Shown: positions 29,048 to 38,470, numbered from the stretch's first letter. The stretch: 64,000 bases of DNA from an uncultured Chloroflexia bacterium (GCA_963746845.1 CAVVCZ010000005.1:224001-288000), one strand, 5' to 3'. Notes: generated from the letters alone by a model not told the origin. Translations and numbers: made by a program.

Positions 29048-29992
29048 TCACGTGTACCGGATCCGCGGGTCGACGACACCCGCCAGGATGTCGACGAGCA
29101 GGTTGGCCAGCACGATGCACAGCGTCGCGAACAGGACCGTGCCCATGATCAGCGGCACGTCGGCCGTCCGGATCGCGTCCACCGCGAGCTTGCCGACACC
29201 GGGCCAGCCGAAGATCTGCTCGACGACGACGATGCCACCCAGGAAGAACCCGAGATCGAGCCCGATCTGCGTGAGAATCGGGCCGGCCGAGTTGCGGAAG
29301 GCGTGGCCCCAGTGCACGCGGCGCTCCGCGAGACCCTTGGCGCGGGCCGTCCGGACGTAGTCGCGGTGCAGCTCTTCGATCATCGTGACCCGGGTCAGGC
29401 GGGTGTAGTAGGCGGCGCCCGCGAACCCGAGGGTCAGGGCAGGCAGGATCAGGTAGCGCAGGTCGAGCGGCTTGTAGCCGCCGATCGGGAAGATGTCGAC
29501 GCCGAGGGCCTGGTGGGGCACGTACCCGAAGTAGTGGATGAGCAGCAGGCCCACCCAGAACGACGGCGCCGAGATCAGGATGATCGAGATGATCGTGGCG
29601 CCCCGGTCGTACATGCTGCCGCGGTGGGTCGCCGCGAGGAGGCCGAGGGGCAGGCCGATCACCAGCTCGACGAAGAGCCCGGCGATCGCGAGCTGGAGCG
29701 TCGCGGGGAACCGCGACAGGATCAGGGGGAGGACGTCCTGGTTCTGGCTGAACGAGTGCCCGAAGTCGCCGTGGAGCGCCCGGCCGACGTACGCGGCGAG
29801 CTGGACGGGGAGCGGCTGGTCCAGGCCGAGCTGATGGGCGATCCGGGCCACGGCATCGGGTGATGCGCGTGGCCCGGCGATGACCCGGGCGGGATCCGCG
29901 GGCAGGATGTACACGAGGATGAACGTGACCATCCCGATCGCGAGCAGGACGGTCAGGCCCCAGATCAGCCGCCGGACGATGTAGCCGAGCAC
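29048..29992 (-). CDS. Peptide/nickel ABC transporter permease (DppB/OppB-like)
   Basis: GDFGHS, FPATLQL, YVRTARAKGL, EQIFGWPGVG, DPRIR. Confidence 0.93.
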   Translation of the reverse strand: MLGYIVRRLIWGLTVLLAIGMVTFILVYILPADPARVIAGPRASPDAVARIAHQLGLDQPLPVQLAAYVGRALHGDFGHSFSQNQDVLPLILSRFPATLQLAIAGLFVELVIGLPLGLLAATHRGSMYDRGATIISIILISAPSFWVGLLLIHYFGYVPHQALGVDIFPIGGYKPLDLRYLILPALTLGFAGAAYYTRLTRVTMIEELHRDYVRTARAKGLAERRVHWGHAFRNSAGPILTQIGLDLGFFLGGIVVVEQIFGWPGVGKLAVDAIRTADVPLIMGTVLFATLCIVLANLLVDILAGVVDPRIRYT

Positions 29993-30037
29993 GTCAGCGC
30001 GTCATGCCGACCGGCGCCCGGGATGAGGAGCGGATGT

Positions 30038-30072
30038 CGTGGACGGGGCCCCGCGACGAGACCCCGTCCACG
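30038..30072. terminator. Intercistronic hairpin after substrate-binding protein gene
   Basis: CGTGGACGGGG...CCCCGTCCACG 11-bp perfect arms; typical mRNA-stabilising or attenuating position. Confidence 0.5.
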
Positions 30073-30083
30073 TGCCGGATCGA

Positions 30084-31811
30084 TCACGAACCCGGCTTCA
30101 CCGACACGTTGCGAAGGTCGTACAGCCAGACCGGGTGGATGTTGAAGCTGGCCACGCGCGAGCTGACGAGCGTGAACCAGACCTGGTGGCGAAGCGGCAC
30201 CCACGGGGCCTCCGCCATGATCTTGCTCTGGATGTCCCCGTACTGGGTGAGACGCCCCGTCAGGTCGGTGCTTGCGCGGGCCGCCGCGGCCTCGGTGTCG
30301 ACTGCCTTGTTGCAGTACAGCGACGCGTTCGCCCCGCCCTGGACCGCCGACTGGCAGGACAGGAGCGGATCGATGAAGTCGGACGGGTCCGGGTAGTCCT
30401 GGAACCAGCCGACGTAGCCCATCGGGGCCTTGTGCGGCGTCTCGATCCGATCGAGGAACGTCGCGAACTCCTCCGTGACGATGTTGACCTTCACGCCGAC
30501 CGCGGCGAGGTCCTGCTGGAGCGCCTGGGCGATCTGTGGATCCGGGTCGGTCGTGTCCGTGTACAGGGTCGACTCGAAGCCGGTCGGATAGCCCGCGTCG
30601 CTCAGCATCTGCTTGGCCTTGGCCTGGTCGAAGCTGTACGGCTTGCAGTTCGGGTCGTAGCCGGGCATGTCCGGCGGCAGGATGCACTCGGCCCGGACGC
30701 CCGCACCGTGGACGAGCTTCAGGATGTTGTCCTTGTCGATCGCGTAGTTGAGGGCCTGACGCACGGCCACCTTGGACAGCGGGCCGTTGTTCGGCTGCTG
30801 GGTGTCCATGAACAGGTAGTCGGTGTCGACGAGCGTGTGCTGGTAGAGCCGGTCCTTCAGCGACGGATCCGTCGTGACCTGGGTGAACGAGCCGGACGGG
30901 AGGGCATCGCCCATCATGTCGAGCTGGTCGGCCTGGATCTGCTGGATCATCGCGTTGTCGTCGAGGCCGACCTTGAAGTCGATCTCGTCGAGGAACGGTT
31001 GGCCGGCCTGCCAGTACGACTTGTTCGCGACGAACGTCGCCTGGGTGCCCTTCGTGTAGTCCTTCAGGACATACGGCCCGGTTCCGATCGGCTTCGCCGC
31101 GACGAGAGACGCGTCATGCGGCGTGTCCTTCGGCAGGACCGACGCGAACGGCGTCGCGAGGATGTTCTCGAATGTCGCATCGGCGTTGACGAGATCGAAC
31201 TCGACGGTCGACGCGTCGATCTTCTTGATCCCCGACGCGGTCTGGGCCTTGCCGCCGATCACGTCCTGCGCCCCGACGATGTTGCCGAAGAACGCGCCGG
31301 ACACCGGCGACGCCGAGGGCTTGAGGTTCGGGTCGAGGACGCGGTTGATCGAGGCGACGACGTCGTCCGCGGTCATGTCGCCCGCGGCCGAGCCGTCCGG
31401 GTTGACGAACTTCACGCCGGTCCGGAGCTTCACGGTGTAGACCTTGCCGTCCGCGGACACGCTCGGCATCCCGTCCGCGAGGAGCGGGACGAGCTTCGTC
31501 GTCGTGCTCTCGTAGCCGAGCAGCGGCTCGAAGATCAGGCGCTCCGCCGGCCACGAGACGACGTCGTACGCCTTCGCCGGGTCGAAGTACTGGATGTCGC
31601 TGTTCCAGCCGATCGAGAGGATGCCGCCCTGGGTCGGGGCCGAGCTTGGCGGCGCCTCGCTGGGGGGAGCCGCGCTCGGCCCGTTCCCGGTTGCCGGGGC
31701 CGATGCCGCGGTAGACGGGCTCGGGCTCGCAGCCGGCGAACAGGCCCCGATCACGAGACCGACGGTGACGGAAACCGCCAACCATCGTCCCGAACGTGTG
31801 GGTGACGCCAT
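30084..31811 (-). CDS. Family-5 ABC substrate-binding lipoprotein
   Basis: Lipobox VIGAC, FDPA, PIGTGPY, VRQALNYAIDK, WFQDYPDP; SD GGAGG. Confidence 0.92.
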   Translation of the reverse strand: MASPTRSGRWLAVSVTVGLVIGACSPAASPSPSTAASAPATGNGPSAAPPSEAPPSSAPTQGGILSIGWNSDIQYFDPAKAYDVVSWPAERLIFEPLLGYESTTTKLVPLLADGMPSVSADGKVYTVKLRTGVKFVNPDGSAAGDMTADDVVASINRVLDPNLKPSASPVSGAFFGNIVGAQDVIGGKAQTASGIKKIDASTVEFDLVNADATFENILATPFASVLPKDTPHDASLVAAKPIGTGPYVLKDYTKGTQATFVANKSYWQAGQPFLDEIDFKVGLDDNAMIQQIQADQLDMMGDALPSGSFTQVTTDPSLKDRLYQHTLVDTDYLFMDTQQPNNGPLSKVAVRQALNYAIDKDNILKLVHGAGVRAECILPPDMPGYDPNCKPYSFDQAKAKQMLSDAGYPTGFESTLYTDTTDPDPQIAQALQQDLAAVGVKVNIVTEEFATFLDRIETPHKAPMGYVGWFQDYPDPSDFIDPLLSCQSAVQGGANASLYCNKAVDTEAAAARASTDLTGRLTQYGDIQSKIMAEAPWVPLRHQVWFTLVSSRVASFNIHPVWLYDLRNVSVKPGS

Positions 31812-31855
31812 GACGAAACTCCTCCACCTACGACCCGCCGGACATCGGCGGGTTG

Positions 31856-32812
31856 TCAGCGCCAGTGATGGGGATCGAGGGCGTCCGCGAGGGCGTCCCC
31901 GAGCAGGTTGAACGCCAGGATCGTGATCATGATCGCGAGCCCCGGCAGGATGACGAGACGCGGGTCGCTGTCGTAGTAGCCCAGGTGCTGGGCGATCATC
32001 TGGCCCCACGTCGCGGCGGGCAGCGGGATCCCGACGCCGAGGAAGGACAGGGTGGCCTCGAACAGGACCGTCGACGCGATCCCGAGGGTCGCGTAGACGA
32101 CGATGATCGAGCTGAGGTGGGGCAGGACGTGGTGAGTCACGATCCGCCCGGTCGGGACGCCGACGGCCCGCGCCGCCATGACGAAGTCCGATTCGCGCAG
32201 GACCGTCATCCGGCCGTAGACGATCCGCGCCACGCCGGTCCAGAGGACCCCGGCGATGACGACGACGACCAGCGGCAGGCTCGGCCCGATGATCGAGACG
32301 AGGGCGATCGCGAGGAGCAGGACCGGGAACGACAGGACCGCGTCAGTGAGGCGCATGAGGATCGCCTCGATCGGGATCCCGATCCGGATCGCTGGCCCGC
32401 GGCGCGGGCCGATCCGGAGCACCCGCCGGCCGCCGAATGCGGCGACGGACCCGACGATGACGCCGACGATCGTCGCGAGGACATTGGCCACGATCCCGAC
32501 CGTCAGCGACATCCGGGCCCCGTACAGGAGGCGGCTGAGCTCGTCGCGCGCGAGGAGGTCGGTGCCGAGCGGGAAGCCCGGCGACGGCCCGATCGGGTCG
32601 CCGTGGGCGTTGAGGCCCTCGCGGCGGTACTGCTGGTCGGGGTCGTGCGGGGCGAGGATCGGGGCGAACACCGCGGCCAGGACGATCAGGATGACCATCC
32701 CGAGTCCGATCCAGAAGGACGGATCCGTCCGCAGGACCGCCCAGGTCCGCGAGCTGCCGGTCCGGTCCGAGACGCCATGGTCGACCACGACCGCGGTCGG
32801 TTGAGCCGTCAC
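31856..32812 (-). CDS. Peptide/nickel ABC transporter permease (DppC/OppC-like)
   Basis: PLGTDLLARD, ARAVG, EATLSFLG, FNLLGDAL. Confidence 0.92.
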   Translation of the reverse strand: MTAQPTAVVVDHGVSDRTGSSRTWAVLRTDPSFWIGLGMVILIVLAAVFAPILAPHDPDQQYRREGLNAHGDPIGPSPGFPLGTDLLARDELSRLLYGARMSLTVGIVANVLATIVGVIVGSVAAFGGRRVLRIGPRRGPAIRIGIPIEAILMRLTDAVLSFPVLLLAIALVSIIGPSLPLVVVVIAGVLWTGVARIVYGRMTVLRESDFVMAARAVGVPTGRIVTHHVLPHLSSIIVVYATLGIASTVLFEATLSFLGVGIPLPAATWGQMIAQHLGYYDSDPRLVILPGLAIMITILAFNLLGDALADALDPHHWR

Positions 32813-32972
32813 GGCTCCCTCTCTTCGACTCAGATCCGCGTCCCGCTCGGGGCTCCTGGACGGCCGCTGCCCGAGCCGGCCAATAATGGCGCGCCGGGCC
32901 TGCGAGTGCCCATGGTTTCTGCAACACCGTACGGCGAACCGGCCGCGACAGTTCAGTCCGGGTGCCGGGAGC

Positions 32973-33482
32973 CTACCCGCGGAGCGCGCGCCCCTCGAAC
33001 GTCTCGATCCGCTCGGCCAGGTCCCGCGGCCACGGGATGGGTGACGCGCTCGCGTAGTCGTAGCGGACGATCACGCTGTCGAGGGTCGCCACGAGACGGA
33101 CCGGGCCGCCCGGCAGACCGGCGGTCAGCCGGTGCTCGACCGCGATGCTCGTCCGACCGATCCGGGTCGCCCGCGTCTCGACGACGACCGCCTCGCCGTA
33201 CTCGACCGGCGATCGATAGGTGATGTCGGCCTCGGCCAGGATCAGACCCTCGGACCGATCGCCCTCGCGCCGGATCGGCTCGCCGGTCACGTCGCTCCAC
33301 CACGCGAGGCGGGCCGCCTCCGCAAAGCTCAGGTAGATCGCGTTGTTCACGTGGCCCATCGCGTCCGTGTCGCCGAACCGAACCTCCACGGCCAGCCGGT
33401 GGCCGAAGTCGCCGGGCAGATCCCGCGGGTCCGGGGCGCCCGCCGTCTCGACCCGGGATCGGGCCGGGGTCCTGCGAGTCAT
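32973..33482 (-). CDS. Acyl-CoA thioesterase (4HBT hotdog family)
   Basis: VRFGDTDAMGHVNNAIY; ATG overlaps copA stop. Confidence 0.88.
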   Translation of the reverse strand: MTRRTPARSRVETAGAPDPRDLPGDFGHRLAVEVRFGDTDAMGHVNNAIYLSFAEAARLAWWSDVTGEPIRREGDRSEGLILAEADITYRSPVEYGEAVVVETRATRIGRTSIAVEHRLTAGLPGGPVRLVATLDSVIVRYDYASASPIPWPRDLAERIETFEGRALRG

Positions 33483-36184
33483 GGCGTCACGACCAGCCGG
33501 CCGGTCATGCCTCTGGCCGCGTGGCCCTCGACGGAGCACTCGACGACGTAGCTGCCCGGATCATCGACCCGGAACCGGACCTCCTGGACCTGGCCGGGCC
33601 GCGCGTTCGCGTCGACGTTGGCGAGCCCTTCCACCACCCAGTCGTGGAAGACCGGGTCGTCGTTCACGAAGCGGACGACCACGAACCGACCGGCCGGGAC
33701 CGTGATGTCGCTCGGCACGAACCGGGTCTGGCTCGCGCGGACCTCGATGTGGACCGCCGAACCGTCGATGGCCCGATCCGCGGCGGCGACCCCACCGACG
33801 ACGGCCAGCGACGCGACCGCCACGGCGACGAGATACCAGCCACGGCGGAGCGCGGCCACCGGCCCGCGCCGCTGCGGAGCGCGATCCCCGCCGGGACGCG
33901 CGTCGAACGAGCGGAGCCGGAGCGAGTTCGTCACGACGGCGACCGACGAGAGCGCCATCGCGCCGGCGGCCAGCGCCGGGCTGAGGACGATCCCGAACGG
34001 GACGAGGACGCCCATCGCGACCGGGATCAGGAGGATGTTGTAGGCGAACGCCCAGAACAGGTTCTCGCGGACCACCGCCATCGTCGCCCGGGACAGGGCG
34101 ATCGCCGCCGGGACGGCCCGGGGATCGCCGCCGACAAGGGTGACCCCCGCCGCGTCGATCGCGACGTCGGCGCCGCTCCCGATCGCGATCCCGACATCCG
34201 CTCTCGCGAGCGCCGGGGCGTCATTGATCCCGTCGCCGACCATCGCGACGATCCGGCCCGCGGCCTGGAGGCCCGCGACGACCGTGGCCTTGTCCTCGGG
34301 CAGCACACCCGCCCGGACGCGCTCTGCCGGGATCCCGATCCGCGCCGCGACGAACGCGGCCGCCGCCGGGTGGTCGCCGGTGACGAGCCAGACCTCGGTA
34401 CCCGCGCGACCCAACTCCGCGACGGCATCCACGGCCTCCGGCTTGACGGGATCCACGATCCCGGTCAGACCCGCGACGACGCCGTCGATCGCGATCCAGA
34501 CCGGCGTCCGGCCACCGGCCGCAAGGGCTCCCTCGCGGTCGTCGTCACGGATCTCCACGCCGCGCCCCCGAAGCAGCCGCGCGGAGCCGACGAGCACATG
34601 CCGGCCGTCCACGACGCCTTCGACGCCATGCCCGGCATGCGCGACGAACCCGGTCACGGGCCGGAAGCCGAGCTCGTCGCGGTTCGCCCGGACGACGATC
34701 GCCGCCCCGAGCGGATGCTCGCTCCCGCGCTCCACGGACGCAGCCAGATCCAGAACCTCGGCGGCCGGCCACGCGCCGCGGGGCTCCGGAGGGTCGGCGA
34801 CCGGCCGCCCCGTGGTCAGGGTGCCCGTCTTGTCGAAGATCACCGTGTCGATCCGGTGGGCGCGCTCGAGCGCCTCGCCGCCCCGGAACAGGATCCCGGC
34901 CTCCGCTCCGCGACCCGTCCCGACCATGATCGCGGTGGGTGTCGCCAGGCCCATCGCGCACGGGCACGCGACGACGACGACGCCGATGAACGCGGTCAGG
35001 GCGAGGGTCAGGCGGGGCTCGCTGCCGAAGGCGAACCAGGCGACGAACGTCAGCGTGGCGATCGCGAGGACCGCGGGCACGAACGCCTCGCTGATGCGGT
35101 CGGCGAGTCGCTGGATCGGGGCTTTCGAGCCCTGGGCGCGGGCGACGAGGGCGACGATCCGGGCGAGCGCGGTCTCCGAACCGACGCGCGTCGCCCGGAG
35201 GACGAAGGACCCGGTGCCGTTCAACGTCGCGCCGTAGACCTCGTTCCCCGCTTCCTTGCGGACCGGGACGGCCTCGCCGGTGAGCATCGATTCGTCCAGC
35301 GTCGACGCACCCTCGGTCACGATCCCGTCGACCGGGACGCGGTCGCCCGGGCGGACGCGGAGCAGGTCGCCGGGCGCGACATCCTCGAGCGGGATCACCC
35401 GGTCGCCGTCCGGGGCCACGAGCCGGGCGGACGTCGCCTGCAGGCCGATCAGGCGACGGATCGCCCCGCCGGCCCGCGTCTTCGCCCGCGCCTCGAGCCA
35501 CCGCCCGAGCAGGACGAGGCCGAGGATGATCGTCGAGCTGTCGAAGTACGTCTCCGGGTGGAGCCCCGCCTCGTGGACCCAGGCCGGGTCCAGCGTCACG
35601 ACCACGCTGTACGCCCAGGCCGCCGTCGTCCCGACGGCGACGAGCGTGTCCATCGTCGCGCCGCCGTGACGGGCGGCCCGCCACGCGGCGGCATAGAAGC
35701 GCCGGCCGGCCCAGACCTGGATCACCGTCGCGGGGACGAGGGCGATCCAGTTGATCGTCTCCATCGGGACGGATGTCTGGGGCCAGAACATCAGGACCAT
35801 GATCCCGACGGACACCGCGATCGAGACGACCGCCTGGATCAGCAGCCGGTTGGCGGCCACGGCTCGCTCGCGGTCCTCCGCTTCGGCCGCGGCCCGCAGC
35901 GTCCGGCGCGCGGCCGTCTCCTCGTCGCTCGGCGGCGGCTTCAGCTCGTAACCGGCGGCCTCGATCGTCTTCGCCAGCTCGGCTCGGCCGGTGACGCCGG
36001 GGAGGTAGCGGATCGTCGCGACCTCGGTCGCAAGGTTGACCGACGCGGACTCGACCCCGTCGCTCTTGCGCAGGAACCGCTCGATCCGGTTGACGCACGA
36101 CGCGCACGTCATCCCGGCGATCGGGAGGTCGACCTCGACGGCCGCGGCGAGGGGTTCGGAGGAGGCGGAGGAGGAGGTTGACAT
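33479..36184 (-). CDS. copA: Cu(I)-translocating P1B ATPase with C-terminal TM + cupredoxin domain
   Basis: GMTCASC HMA, TGEA, CPC, DKTGTLT, EHPLG, GDGINDAP, YN, MALSS; C-terminal H...CSVEGH-x4-M type-1 Cu motif. Confidence 0.93.
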   Translation of the reverse strand: MSTSSSASSEPLAAAVEVDLPIAGMTCASCVNRIERFLRKSDGVESASVNLATEVATIRYLPGVTGRAELAKTIEAAGYELKPPPSDEETAARRTLRAAAEAEDRERAVAANRLLIQAVVSIAVSVGIMVLMFWPQTSVPMETINWIALVPATVIQVWAGRRFYAAAWRAARHGGATMDTLVAVGTTAAWAYSVVVTLDPAWVHEAGLHPETYFDSSTIILGLVLLGRWLEARAKTRAGGAIRRLIGLQATSARLVAPDGDRVIPLEDVAPGDLLRVRPGDRVPVDGIVTEGASTLDESMLTGEAVPVRKEAGNEVYGATLNGTGSFVLRATRVGSETALARIVALVARAQGSKAPIQRLADRISEAFVPAVLAIATLTFVAWFAFGSEPRLTLALTAFIGVVVVACPCAMGLATPTAIMVGTGRGAEAGILFRGGEALERAHRIDTVIFDKTGTLTTGRPVADPPEPRGAWPAAEVLDLAASVERGSEHPLGAAIVVRANRDELGFRPVTGFVAHAGHGVEGVVDGRHVLVGSARLLRGRGVEIRDDDREGALAAGGRTPVWIAIDGVVAGLTGIVDPVKPEAVDAVAELGRAGTEVWLVTGDHPAAAAFVAARIGIPAERVRAGVLPEDKATVVAGLQAAGRIVAMVGDGINDAPALARADVGIAIGSGADVAIDAAGVTLVGGDPRAVPAAIALSRATMAVVRENLFWAFAYNILLIPVAMGVLVPFGIVLSPALAAGAMALSSVAVVTNSLRLRSFDARPGGDRAPQRRGPVAALRRGWYLVAVAVASLAVVGGVAAADRAIDGSAVHIEVRASQTRFVPSDITVPAGRFVVVRFVNDDPVFHDWVVEGLANVDANARPGQVQEVRFRVDDPGSYVVECSVEGHAARGMTGRLVVTP

Positions 36185-36200
36185 ACTCCCCCGGAGTATA
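36183..36200 (-). promoter_or_regulatory. CsoR-like operator overlapping -10 box and start codon of copA
   Basis: ATACTCC-N3-GGAGTAT palindrome (36183-36199) and TATACT -10 at 36200-36195. Confidence 0.7.
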
Positions 36201-36242
36201 CACTGCCCGAATCGGGCGGCCGGCGGGATCAGCCTGCCGAGG

Positions 36243-36479
36243 TCAGCCGCGCGAGCCCACCCATCGTCCGTCGCGATAGACGTACCAGGTCTCGGCCGGC
36301 TCGCCGGACAGGGCCCGGGGACGGACGAGGACACGCGGGTAGCGGTCGCGCAGACCCTGCTCGAGCGCCGAGGGCGTCCCGGCACCGTCCGTGACCAGGC
36401 CGCGGACGAGGACGCGGAAATCGGCGTCGTCCGCCGGGTTCAGGACGAGCAGCGGTCTCGGGTGCGAAGGTGCAGACAT
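36243..36479 (-). CDS. Small hypothetical protein (78 aa)
   Basis: LVLNPADD...RYPRVLVRPR...WYVYRDGRW; protein-like composition. Confidence 0.65.
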   Translation of the reverse strand: MSAPSHPRPLLVLNPADDADFRVLVRGLVTDGAGTPSALEQGLRDRYPRVLVRPRALSGEPAETWYVYRDGRWVGSRG

Positions 36480-36589
36480 CGGCGATCGTTCCCCGCGATC
36501 ACGATGCGCTCGACGCGGTGACGGGCCGCCGTGCAGCCAGAGCCCATCACTTGCAGCGGCGTTGCACTCCATGCCCGCTCCGGGAACGG

Positions 36590-37126
36590 TCACCAGCCCT
36601 CGCTGCCCGCCTCACCCTTGATCGGCCCGACGATCGCGTCGGTGACCCAGCCGCCGTAGAAGCCGCCGGGCTGCGGGCGGGCCCGTTCGTCGCCGACCCA
36701 CGCCTCGTCGACCCGCGAGGCATAGAACGCGAGGTGGTCGCGGATGGACCCGAAGCCGGGCTTCGGCGACTCGTAGGCCCACGCCACCGACGGGATCCGG
36801 CGGTCGCCGTCGAGGTAGTCGTAGTACGAGGCGACGCCCTTCCACTCGCAGGTCGTCGTCCGGTCGGTCCGGCGCAGCCGCGTCGGGTCGACGTCGTCCG
36901 GTGGGACGTAGTAGACCGGCGCTCCCGCCGTCTCGAGGACGCGCACGGCACGGCTGGTGTCCGCGAGGGCCCGACCGTCGACGACGACGCGGATCCGCGC
37001 ACCGACCGGCTCCACCCGCGGTGGGCGTGGGTAGTCCCAGACGGATTCCTGGCCGGGGCCGGGCTCGATCGGGACGACGCCGGCCGGAATGTTGGCCCGC
37101 CGGGCGGCGGAAGCATCGATGTCCAT
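36590..37126 (-). CDS. DUF427 family protein
   Basis: ESVWDYPRPP, VLETAGAPVYY, CEWKGVASY, AWAYESP, FYGGWVT; start uncertain. Confidence 0.85.
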   Translation of the reverse strand: MDIDASAARRANIPAGVVPIEPGPGQESVWDYPRPPRVEPVGARIRVVVDGRALADTSRAVRVLETAGAPVYYVPPDDVDPTRLRRTDRTTTCEWKGVASYYDYLDGDRRIPSVAWAYESPKPGFGSIRDHLAFYASRVDEAWVGDERARPQPGGFYGGWVTDAIVGPIKGEAGSEGW

Positions 37127-37149
37127 GTCGATTGTTCGATCATGCACCC

Positions 37150-37767
37150 ATGACGGATGAATTGCCCGGACTCACCGCCGAAGCCGTTCGGTTCGCGACG
37201 GCCCGGGCGCCATGGGGCCCGGTCCGCGTCGCGACCTCTGCGCGGGGCCTGGTCGGGCTCGCCGTCCTGTCGCCGATGGAGCCGTTCCGCGACGACGTCG
37301 TCCGTCGGACCGGCCTGACGCCCAACGACGGGAGCGACGCGCGGCTCGACGCGGCGGTCGCAGCGGTGGAGGCCTTCCTCGACGGCCGGCCGGATGATCT
37401 CGAGCGGCTGCCGCTGGACCTCGTGCTTCGCTCCGACTGGGACCGGGTCGTGCTCGGGCAGGTCCGCCGGGTCGGATGGGGCGAGGCAACGAGCTATGGC
37501 CGGGTCGCCCGGGCGATCGGCCGGCGCGGGGCGGCCCGGGCGGTCGGCGGCGCCGTCGGCCGGAACCCGATCGGGCTCGCGATCCCGTGTCATCGCGTGC
37601 TCGCCGGCGACGGCTCGATCGGCGGGTATGGCGGCGATTGGTTCGGCAGCCGCGAGGAGCTCCTCGAGATCAAGCGCGAGCTGCTGGCCCTCGAGGGGAT
37701 CGCGCTGCCCGCACGCGACCTGGGCGGCGGGGAGCCCGCAGTCGCCCGGGCGGCCAGGACGCCCTGA
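37150..37767 (+). CDS. ogt: Methylated-DNA-protein-cysteine methyltransferase
   Basis: SYGRVA, ARAVGGAVGRNP, active-site PCHRV. Confidence 0.9.
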   Translation: MTDELPGLTAEAVRFATARAPWGPVRVATSARGLVGLAVLSPMEPFRDDVVRRTGLTPNDGSDARLDAAVAAVEAFLDGRPDDLERLPLDLVLRSDWDRVVLGQVRRVGWGEATSYGRVARAIGRRGAARAVGGAVGRNPIGLAIPCHRVLAGDGSIGGYGGDWFGSREELLEIKRELLALEGIALPARDLGGGEPAVARAARTP

Positions 37768-37925
37768 CGCCCGGCGCCCGGACACGCGGAGTGTCCCCCA
37801 GTTGACAGGCGGGTCGTCCCGCGCGGGACGCGTCCCGCGCTCGGCATCCGCGTATCGTGGGGCCGATCAACCAGATTCCGAACGACACCTCACCAGATTC
37901 GGGGTCGATGACGGAGGGACAGGCC

Positions 37926-38216
37926 ATGCGGAAGATGAACCGGCTCCCGCGCGAAGAGGTGACCACCGACGACGGACTGCCCGTCGACGGGCTCCCGGCG
38001 AGCAACGATGTCGAAGGCCACCGTCAGGAGGCCGTCGATAGCCTCGGACCACGGCTGCCCGGCACGGGTGGCGACGATCTGCGGCGGCCGTCCGGCGGGG
38101 GCGAGATCGGCGACGAGAACGACGTTCAGGGACACAGCCTCGATGCCAACGTCGGCCCGCGGCTCCCCGGCACCGGTGGCGACGATCTGCGGCGGCCGTC
38201 CGGCGGGGGCGAATGA
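37926..38216 (+). CDS. Acidic Gly-rich repeat peptide (96 aa) with two NDV(E/Q)GH...GPRLPGTGGDDLRRPSGGGE units
   Basis: SD GGAGG before ATG 37926; internal duplication; hairpin downstream. Confidence 0.72.
   Translation: MRKMNRLPREEVTTDDGLPVDGLPASNDVEGHRQEAVDSLGPRLPGTGGDDLRRPSGGGEIGDENDVQGHSLDANVGPRLPGTGGDDLRRPSGGGE
38067..38212 (+). repeat. Direct repeat inside repeat-peptide gene
   Basis: Identical 38-nt run at 38067-38104 and 38175-38212 (108-nt period); flanking codons differ at synonymous positions. Confidence 0.9.
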
Positions 38217-38248
38217 CGATCCGGTAACAACGCCTGGCTCACTGTCCA

Positions 38249-38276
38249 GCGCCCCGCCCAGCCCCGGGCGGGGCGC
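38249..38276 (+). terminator. GC hairpin terminator after repeat peptide
   Basis: GCGCCCCGCCC-N6-GGGCGGGGCGC. Confidence 0.6.
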
Positions 38277-38302
38277 ACATTCGTGCCCTCGGAGCGTCCC
38301 TG

Positions 38303-38408
38303 GTGAGTCGATTCGCGACTCGGAATCACGTCCTCCGTGATCGGCCATCTCCGAATTCCGGCATGGACGAGCGCGCCACCGCCTGAAACGAGTCGCCACG
38401 CGACTCAC
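38303..38408. repeat. Inverted pair of REP-like 20-mers (REPIN-like)
   Basis: GTGAGTCG-N4-GCGACTCG at 38303-38322 and its inverted copy at 38389-38408, each a small hairpin. Confidence 0.55.
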
Positions 38409-38470
38409 GTTCGGGGTGCCGCGCTCCCCGCCGCGGCTCGTCCCGCTGGCGGGCGGACGCCGGGCGACCG

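Noticed and set aside
38067-38212. CRISPR-like repeat pair
   Set aside because: Only two copies, in frame within a coding sequence, and no cas genes.
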